Below, in pieces: positions 56,105 to 63,026 of a stretch of 63,026 nt of DNA. The notes beneath the pieces were generated by a model. The model was not told the origin of the DNA. It did not search any database and saw nothing but the letters and a program-made list of their open reading frames with translations. The first letter of the stretch is position 1; each line of letters starts with the position of its first letter. The translations under genes were made by a program, and so were the position numbers. Source of the stretch: Lachnospiraceae bacterium (GTDB lineage: Bacteria; Bacillota; Clostridia; Lachnospirales; Lachnospiraceae); assembly GCA_036310685.1 (NCBI GenBank), contig JAXJRI010000213.1:1-63026 (forward strand), written 5' to 3'.

Positions 56105-58270
56105 ATGAATTATAAAGAAGTATTAGCCAAGAAAAATGAAGAGATCAGAGAACGCCATGAACTTGCGATGGAACGTATTCATACCATTGCGGCAGAACGC
56201 AGTAACAAGCCCGATGACGCCCTCGGCGATTATTTTCGATTCATGGCTCATCATTTAGAGCAGTGTGATGAACTTTATAAGAAGGTAGCCGATCACTGGC
56301 TTTTAGAGGCCCCGGTAGAGGAGCTTGCAAAAGAAAATGCATCGTACTATCAGGATATCTTCCCGGATAATTATGAGTTCTCCTACGCAAATCCAGCTTA
56401 TGCTGTGAGAAAGTTAGGGGAGGAGTACGGAAGAATCCTGAGCTTTTTATATACACAGCTTCGGGCAATTCGTGCATTTGCCTTTGAGCAGGATCTTTAT
56501 AAATTTACAATCTTTGAGGAATTATTCTTAGAGATTCACTTTATGTTTGAGAGCGAGGATGTGGCCTACAAGAATATCAAGGCGGCAATCTACGACTTTT
56601 TCTATGATTATGCAGATGAATTTATCGGGTGGCGCGTGAGAGAGCTGGTAGACCCATCTCTGTCCTATGCAACAGACTTAGTGCGGAATGCTGATCCAAA
56701 CGATACGAGATATCTCTACTATTATGGAGATTACATCTCAGATGATGAGACCCAGATGGCAGAGTTCTTATCTTCCCTTCCAGCAGAGGAGATTACCGAG
56801 ATTGCCTCTACCTTTACGGAAGGCTATAAGAAGGGCTTTGCCTTAAAGGGAGTGGATGTCTCCAAGAAGGGGACAGTGGATATCCGCTACAATGTTGGAT
56901 TTGAGAGAATTATCCGAGAGAGTATCCAGCAGTTTGAAGCTATGGGACTGAAGCCAGTCATCTATCGTGCTGCCCTTGTTTCTCTTAATAAGAGACAGAA
57001 TATTAAGATTGGATATGTTTCCACCAGTCCAAACCCACAGTATGATTATGACCATCGTTTTGATGAGGCCATCTATCTTGATAAGCGTATGGTAGATAGA
57101 AAAGTGAGCTGCATGAGAAAAGATTATGAGGAGTATGCTGACTTAGCAGCCGGTTATGCGGGTCCAGCTTGTTTTGAGATTTTTGGTGAGGAACCCTTCG
57201 AGCCTGTCAGCAAGGAAGAGGCTTACCGTCTTTCCGAGCGTCAGCAGAATCTCAATACGGAGTACCGTGCTCTGACCAACGAGATGATCGGTCAGTTTAT
57301 CAATCAGGAAGAGCGAAGCTTTACTATCATATCCTTCCCAATCCCACAGATTGGACCGAAGTTCCCAGAGATTTTCGAGGAGATTCGTAAGGTCAACACC
57401 TTAGATAATGAGAAATACCAGAGGATTCATCAGACCATCATTGATACCTTAGATCAGTCAGTCGCAGTCCATATCTTAGGACGAGATGATAATATGACTA
57501 ACATTATGGTATCCCTGCATGAGATCACGGATCCTGACAAGCAGACGAAGTTTGAGAACTGCCTTGCAGATGTCAACATCCCAGTAGGAGAAGTCTTCAC
57601 TTCTCCAGTCTTAAAGGGAACGACAGGACTTCTTCATGTGACCAAGGTTTATCTGAATGGTCTGTGCTATCACAACTTAAAACTTAATTTTGAGGACGGA
57701 TACATTACAGACTATTCCTGCACAAACTTTGAGGACCCGGAGGAAGGTAAGAAATATATCAAAGAGAATATACTTTTTGGCCATGATACCTTACCGATGG
57801 GAGAACTGGCAATCGGTACTAACACGACAGCTTATGTCATGGCCAAGAAATACGGCATTGAGGACAAACTGCCAATTCTGATTGCCGAGAAGATGGGACC
57901 TCATATGGCAGTGGGAGATACCTGCTATTCCTATACCGAGGATGTTAAGGTTTATAATCCGGATGGCAAGGAGATTATCGCCAGGGACAATGAGCGTTCC
58001 TTAGAACGAAAGACTGATCCCAAAAAAGCATATTTTAATTGTCATACAGATATCACCATTCCTTATGAGGAGTTGGGATCCATCAATGCGGTGACAGAAT
58101 CCCGTGTGGAAGTTCCGATTATTCTTGATGGAAGATTCGTTCTGACTGGAACCCTGGAACTGAACGAACCTTTCGACCAGGATGAGGAATATGACGGGGA
58201 TGTAGAGGACTTGGTTACTAGGTTTGAGAATGAGGAGAAAGAGAGCACGCAGGAGGATAGCGAATGTTAA
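56105..58270 (+). CDS. Aminopeptidase, M29 (thermophilic metalloprotease)-like with long N-terminal extension
   Basis: N.P.GEVFTSP, GELAIGTN, EKMG.H.A.G, H.D in the C-terminal domain. Confidence 0.8.
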   Translation: MNYKEVLAKKNEEIRERHELAMERIHTIAAERSNKPDDALGDYFRFMAHHLEQCDELYKKVADHWLLEAPVEELAKENASYYQDIFPDNYEFSYANPAYAVRKLGEEYGRILSFLYTQLRAIRAFAFEQDLYKFTIFEELFLEIHFMFESEDVAYKNIKAAIYDFFYDYADEFIGWRVRELVDPSLSYATDLVRNADPNDTRYLYYYGDYISDDETQMAEFLSSLPAEEITEIASTFTEGYKKGFALKGVDVSKKGTVDIRYNVGFERIIRESIQQFEAMGLKPVIYRAALVSLNKRQNIKIGYVSTSPNPQYDYDHRFDEAIYLDKRMVDRKVSCMRKDYEEYADLAAGYAGPACFEIFGEEPFEPVSKEEAYRLSERQQNLNTEYRALTNEMIGQFINQEERSFTIISFPIPQIGPKFPEIFEEIRKVNTLDNEKYQRIHQTIIDTLDQSVAVHILGRDDNMTNIMVSLHEITDPDKQTKFENCLADVNIPVGEVFTSPVLKGTTGLLHVTKVYLNGLCYHNLKLNFEDGYITDYSCTNFEDPEEGKKYIKENILFGHDTLPMGELAIGTNTTAYVMAKKYGIEDKLPILIAEKMGPHMAVGDTCYSYTEDVKVYNPDGKEIIARDNERSLERKTDPKKAYFNCHTDITIPYEELGSINAVTESRVEVPIILDGRFVLTGTLELNEPFDQDEEYDGDVEDLVTRFENEEKESTQEDSEC

Positions 58271-59535
58271 GAATAGCAGGAGGCCATGTCATGAATCCAG
58301 CAGATGGATTCGACGATGTGTGTGATGTGTGGATAGAGGACGGAAAAATTGTCGCACTTGGGGATAAACCAGAGGGAGTAAGGGATGAAGATGTCACAAG
58401 CATCAATGCTTCCGGTTTCACGGTTGCACCGGGTCTTGTAGATGTTCATGTTCATTTCAGGGATCCAGGTCTTACCTATAAGGAGGACCTGGAGTCAGGA
58501 AGCCGGGCTGCAGCAGCGGGTGGTTTTACCACAGTTGTATGTATGGCCAACACTAAGCCTAAGGTAGACAGTCCTGAAATTATCTCAGAGATTGTTGAGA
58601 GAGCTAAGAGGCTCCCAATCCATGTCAATCAGGTTTCCGCAGTGTCCAAAGATTTTAAGGGTCAGGACTTAGTCGACTTTGATGCTATGATCGAGGCGGG
58701 AGCTGTTGGATTCTCCGATGATGGAATTCCTCTGACCAATGCCAGATTTATCAGGGATGCCATGATGGAAGCCAAGAGAGTCGATATGCCGATCAGTCTT
58801 CATGAGGAAGATCCAAGTCTTAATGATTCCAACGGAGTCAATAAAGGTGAGATTTCCGAAAAGATTGGTGTCGGAGGAGCCCCTGCAATCTCCGAAGACG
58901 TCATGGTAGCCCGTGATGTTATGCTGGCAATTGAGACGGGAGCAAAAGTAGATATCCAGCACATTTCCTCTGGAAGATCCGTCGATCTGATTCGCTATGG
59001 TAAGGCACACGGAGCTAACATTTATGCTGAGGCAACCCCACATCATTTTACACTGACTCAGGATGCGGTCTTAGATTTCGGAACTTTGGGAAAGATGAAT
59101 CCGCCAGTCCGTACTGACTGGGACCGTGCCAAGATTATTGAGGGTTTAAAGGATGGAACCATTGAGCTGATCGCAACGGACCATGCTCCTCATTCAACCG
59201 AGGAGAAGGAGAGAGAGTTCAATCAGGCACCGAGTGGAATTATCGGACTGGAGACCTCCTTAGCACTGGGTGTAACCAACTTGGTAAAACCTGGCTATCT
59301 TACCATGATGGAGCTGCTGGCTAAGATGACAATCAATCCTGCAAGATTATATAAGTTTAATGCAGGAGATATTTCTGTTGGGAAACCAGCGGATGTAGTC
59401 ATCTTTGATGACAAAAATAACTATCATGTTCAAAAATTTGAGTCAAAAGCGGAGAATTCCCCTTTCCTTGGGGCACTGCTTTATGGTAAAGTCAAGTATA
59501 CAATCTGTGATGGAAGGATTGTCTATCAGGGATAG
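58264..59535 (+). CDS. pyrC: Dihydroorotase
   Basis: PGLVDVHVHFRDPG, MANT.P, FSDDG, EATPHH, KMNPP.R, ATDHAPH. Confidence 0.96.
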   Translation: MLRIAGGHVMNPADGFDDVCDVWIEDGKIVALGDKPEGVRDEDVTSINASGFTVAPGLVDVHVHFRDPGLTYKEDLESGSRAAAAGGFTTVVCMANTKPKVDSPEIISEIVERAKRLPIHVNQVSAVSKDFKGQDLVDFDAMIEAGAVGFSDDGIPLTNARFIRDAMMEAKRVDMPISLHEEDPSLNDSNGVNKGEISEKIGVGGAPAISEDVMVARDVMLAIETGAKVDIQHISSGRSVDLIRYGKAHGANIYAEATPHHFTLTQDAVLDFGTLGKMNPPVRTDWDRAKIIEGLKDGTIELIATDHAPHSTEEKEREFNQAPSGIIGLETSLALGVTNLVKPGYLTMMELLAKMTINPARLYKFNAGDISVGKPADVVIFDDKNNYHVQKFESKAENSPFLGALLYGKVKYTICDGRIVYQG

Positions 59536-59611
59536 TTTCAGCTCATGCATGATATTAATACAGCTAGTTCAAACTATTTTTCACTGAAAGATATCATGCA
59601 TGAACAGTAAC
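59535..59611. repeat. Palindromic intergenic repeat, family D copy 2
   Basis: gtttcagctcatgcatgatat / atatcatgcatgaacagtaac; 18 of 21 complementary, 13-bp perfect core, 35-nt spacer. Confidence 0.65.
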
Positions 59612-59678
59612 ACTTAAAGCTCAAGATAAATGAATTAATTCAAGGCACATATTGCAAAAATGGAGGATACGAAGTACT

Positions 59679-60605
59679 ATGATAGATAAGCTGATTCGTG
59701 AGATCAAGAAGAAAGATGCACCGATCGTGGTTGGACTCGACCCGAAGCCTAGTTATATTCCAGAGCATATCTTAAAAGACAGTTATGCAGCACTGGGTAA
59801 GACACCAGAGGGATTGGCGGATGCTTTCTTCCACTATAATAAGGGTATCATTGATGCAACTTATGATCTGATCCCAGCTGTTAAGCCTCAGATTGCTATG
59901 TATGAGCAGCTCGGTATTCCGGGAATGATTGCATTTAAGAAGACCTGTGATTATGCGAAGAGCAAAGGTCTGGTGATTATCGGAGACATTAAGAGAGGCG
60001 ATATCGGTTCTACTTCAGAAGCTTACGCGGTCGGCCATCTTGGAACTGTTGAGATTGGGGGACAGAAGTTCTCCCCGTTCAGCGAGGATTTTGTCACGGT
60101 CAATCCATACCTTGGAAGTGATGGTGTGAAGCCATTTATCAAGATTGCCAAGGAAGAGAAGAAGGGTATCTTCGTACTCGTTAAGACTTCCAATCCATCC
60201 AGCGGTGAGTTTCAGGATCAGGAGATCAATGGTAAGCCACTCTATGAGCTGGTTGCAGATAAGGTAGCTGAGTGGGGCGCAGACCATATGGGAAGCGACT
60301 ACAGCTATGTCGGTGCAGTAGTCGGAGCTACTTATCCAGAGATGGGAGCAGTTCTTCGTAAACTTATGCCGAAGAATTATATCTTAGTGCCGGGATATGG
60401 TGCACAGGGTGGAAAGGGCGAAGACTTAAAGCCATTCTTCAATGAGGATGGATTAGGAGCTATCGTCAACAGCAGCCGCGGAATCATCTGTGCTTATCAG
60501 AAAGATCCATACAAGGAGAAGTTCTCCGCAGAGAATTATGCAGATGCCAGCCGTCAGGCAGTACTCGATATGAAAGAGGACTTAAAGCAGGCATACGTAC
60601 GTTAG
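59679..60605 (+). CDS. pyrF: Orotidine-5'-phosphate decarboxylase
   Basis: VGLDP, KPQIA.YE, D.KRGDIGST, VNPYLG.D, VKTSNP, VVGAT, LVPGYGAQG, NSSR. Confidence 0.96.
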   Translation: MIDKLIREIKKKDAPIVVGLDPKPSYIPEHILKDSYAALGKTPEGLADAFFHYNKGIIDATYDLIPAVKPQIAMYEQLGIPGMIAFKKTCDYAKSKGLVIIGDIKRGDIGSTSEAYAVGHLGTVEIGGQKFSPFSEDFVTVNPYLGSDGVKPFIKIAKEEKKGIFVLVKTSNPSSGEFQDQEINGKPLYELVADKVAEWGADHMGSDYSYVGAVVGATYPEMGAVLRKLMPKNYILVPGYGAQGGKGEDLKPFFNEDGLGAIVNSSRGIICAYQKDPYKEKFSAENYADASRQAVLDMKEDLKQAYVR

Positions 60606-60694
60606 TACGCTTTATACGATACTTACATTCTATCTCGAATGTTTGTGATAAATATATACTTTTTAATTCATCATAAGAAAGGACGCATACAATC

Positions 60695-61207
60695 ATGGCT
60701 AAAGTAGGAATTGTAATGGGAAGCGACTCAGATATGCCGATTATGGCAAAGGCAGCTGATGTTCTTGAGAAACTTGGTATCGAGTTTGATATGACAATCA
60801 TCTCTGCACACAGAGAGCCAGAAGAGTTCTTCAACTATGCTAAGACAGCTGAGGAGAAGGGTTATAAGGTCATTATCGCAGGTGCAGGTAAGGCAGCTCA
60901 TCTTCCAGGAATGTGCGCAGCAATCTTCCCAATGCCTGTCATTGGTATCCCAATGAAGACATCAGATCTCGGTGGAGTAGATTCATTATATTCTATCGTT
61001 CAGATGCCGACAGGAATCCCAGTAGCTACCGTAGCAATCAATGGAGCAGCTAACGCTGGTATTCTTGCTGCCAAGATTTTAGCAACATCTGATCCTGAAC
61101 TTCTCAAGAGATTAAAAGAGTATTCTGCTGATCTTAAGAACCAGGTTGTTAGCAAGGCAGAGAAACTTGATCAGATTGGATACAAAGAGTACATCAAGCA
61201 GATGTAA
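60695..61207 (+). CDS. purE: N5-CAIR mutase
   Basis: MGSDSD, SAHR.P, AGAG.AAHLPG, SIVQMP.G.PVATV. Confidence 0.97.
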   Translation: MAKVGIVMGSDSDMPIMAKAADVLEKLGIEFDMTIISAHREPEEFFNYAKTAEEKGYKVIIAGAGKAAHLPGMCAAIFPMPVIGIPMKTSDLGGVDSLYSIVQMPTGIPVATVAINGAANAGILAAKILATSDPELLKRLKEYSADLKNQVVSKAEKLDQIGYKEYIKQM

Positions 61208-61249
61208 TAGCCCTAATTAATAATTGACAAGTTAAGAAAGGATTTCCTA

Positions 61250-62275
61250 ATGGATTATAAGAACGCAGGAGTAGATATTGAGGCTGGATACAAATCGGTA
61301 GAGCTGATGAAGGGGTATGTAAAAGAGACCATGCGTCCGGAAGTTTTAGGAGGACTCGGTGGCTTCGCAGGAGCTTTCGATCTTGCTAAGATTAAGGACA
61401 TGAAGGATCCAGTTCTTCTGTCTGGTACTGATGGATGTGGAACTAAGGTCAAACTTGCTTTTGTTATGGACAAGCATGACACAATCGGAATCGATGCCGT
61501 TGCTATGTGTGTCAACGATATCGCATGTGCTGGCGGAGAGCCATTATTCTTCTTAGACTACATCGCTTGTGGAAAGAACTATCCAGAAAAGATTGCCACA
61601 ATTGTAAAGGGCGTTGCAGAGGGATGTAAGCAGTCCGAGTGTGCCCTGATCGGTGGAGAGACTGCTGAACATCCAGGACTTATGCCTGAGAGTGATTACG
61701 ACTTAGCTGGATTTGCAGTAGGCGTGGTTGAGAGAGACGAGATTATCGATGGGTCAACCATCAAGCCAGGAGATGCTCTGATTGGTATCGCCTCCACTGG
61801 CGTACACAGCAATGGATTCTCACTGGTTCGTAAGGTGTTCGATATTACAAAAGAGAACTTAGAGACTTTCCGCCCAGAACTTGGAAACACTCTTGGAGAG
61901 GCACTTCTGGCACCTACAAGAATTTATGTGAAGGCTTTAAAGAATGTGAAGAAAGCTGGCGTAAAGGTGAAGGGATGCTCCCACATCACAGGCGGCGGAT
62001 TCTATGAGAATGTGCCTCGTATGCTTCCAGAAGGTGTTCGCGCAAAGATTAAGAAAGATAGCTACACCGTTCCTCCAATCTTTGACCTTCTCGCAAAAGA
62101 GGGAGATATCGAGGAGAAGATGATGTACAACACCTTTAATATGGGTATCGGTATGGTACTTGCCATTGATCCTAAGGATGTTGACGCAACACTTGCTGCC
62201 TTAAAAGAGACAGGAGATACTGCGTATGTCATTGGTGAGATCGAGGCAGGAGATAAAGGAGTAGACTTATGTTAA
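61250..62275 (+). CDS. purM: AIR synthetase
   Basis: Y..AGVDI, GTDG.GTK, GID.VAMCVND, GGETAE, HSNGFSL, HITGGG, TFNMG. Confidence 0.97.
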   Translation: MDYKNAGVDIEAGYKSVELMKGYVKETMRPEVLGGLGGFAGAFDLAKIKDMKDPVLLSGTDGCGTKVKLAFVMDKHDTIGIDAVAMCVNDIACAGGEPLFFLDYIACGKNYPEKIATIVKGVAEGCKQSECALIGGETAEHPGLMPESDYDLAGFAVGVVERDEIIDGSTIKPGDALIGIASTGVHSNGFSLVRKVFDITKENLETFRPELGNTLGEALLAPTRIYVKALKNVKKAGVKVKGCSHITGGGFYENVPRMLPEGVRAKIKKDSYTVPPIFDLLAKEGDIEEKMMYNTFNMGIGMVLAIDPKDVDATLAALKETGDTAYVIGEIEAGDKGVDLC

Positions 62276-62895
62276 AACTTGGTGTCTTAGTGTCCGGCGG
62301 AGGAACCAACCTCCAGGCTATCATGGACTCGATTGACAGCGGAATGATCACGAATGCAGAGCTTTCCGTGGTCATCAGCAATAACAAGGGAGCTTATGCC
62401 TTAGAGCGTGCTAAAAAGTACGGTGCAGAGGCTTTAGTTCTCTCACCAAAGGATTATGACGACCGTGCAGACTTCAACAAAGCTCTTGAGAAGGAACTGA
62501 CAGACCGAGGAATCGATCTTGTCGTTTTAGCAGGATATCTTGTTGTGGTACCGGAGAATGTCATCCGTGCATTTCCTAATCGTATCATCAACATTCATCC
62601 TTCTCTTATCCCATCCTTCTGCGGAAAGGGATGCTATGGACTTCATGTTCATGAGAAGGCCTTAGAAAGAGGTGTCAGAGTATCTGGAGCGACCGTACAT
62701 TTCGTAGATGAGGGGACGGATACAGGTCCAATCATCTTACAGAAGCCGGTTATGGTAGAGCAGGATGATACCCCAGAGACTCTTCAGAGAAGAATCATGG
62801 AGCAGGCAGAGTGGAAGATTATGCCAAAAGCAATCGACCTCATTGCCAATGGAAAAGTACATGTGGAAGGCCGCAAGGTCACGATTGATAAATAA
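62269..62895 (+). CDS. purN: Phosphoribosylglycinamide formyltransferase
   Basis: [28 protein letters not shown]...DTGPII. Confidence 0.97.
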   Translation: MLKLGVLVSGGGTNLQAIMDSIDSGMITNAELSVVISNNKGAYALERAKKYGAEALVLSPKDYDDRADFNKALEKELTDRGIDLVVLAGYLVVVPENVIRAFPNRIINIHPSLIPSFCGKGCYGLHVHEKALERGVRVSGATVHFVDEGTDTGPIILQKPVMVEQDDTPETLQRRIMEQAEWKIMPKAIDLIANGKVHVEGRKVTIDK

Positions 62896-62910
62896 TCGCA
62901 TTTGCGTTAA

Positions 62911-63026
<116 letters not shown>

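Noticed and set aside
59536..59678. PyrR attenuator before pyrF (also looked for before pyrK)
   Set aside because: No ARTCCNGNGAGGYT-like PyrR binding loop or terminator/antiterminator pair was found.
60606..60694. Purine riboswitch before purE
   Set aside because: The spacer is short and AT-rich and lacks the conserved aptamer core.

Overview
Core-chromosome window of a Lachnospiraceae-like Clostridia bacterium. Nearly every gene is on the + strand; there is no CRISPR array, prophage or intact transposase. In order: chorismate mutase-shikimate kinase fusion and aroE; an orphan repeat protein on the - strand; an orphan family-5 ABC binding lipoprotein with moaA and a mogA-moaC fusion; gpmI-pfkA; two paralogous acidic unknown proteins plus a flavodiiron protein; a degenerate GlpK-like protein; a monomeric [FeFe]-hydrogenase; a small alarmone synthetase and a Crp/Fnr regulator; three identical tRNA-Glu(CTC); miaB-mutS-mutL-miaA-ynbB; radC-mreBCD-pbp2-minCDE-rodA-mgsA-dac; a radical SAM gene, yggS, sepF, aroB, lspA, rluD, rpsO with leader; ptsH-ptsI; pcrA; uppP; pyrK-D-E, pyrC-F; purE-M-N-D (truncated). 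The most unusual signals read by eye are: (1) a 128-aa protein made of two microcompartment encapsulation-peptide-like helices flanking six F-[AS]-N repeats; (2) a tandem pair of unknown acidic proteins sharing a ~105-aa domain; (3) apparent pseudoenzymes (GlpK-like, MgsA); (4) several families of dispersed palindromic REP/MITE-like intergenic elements; (5) tandem duplications of gene 3' ends; (6) a 45-bp minisatellite in mutL. All family calls come from motif recognition; no database searches were run.
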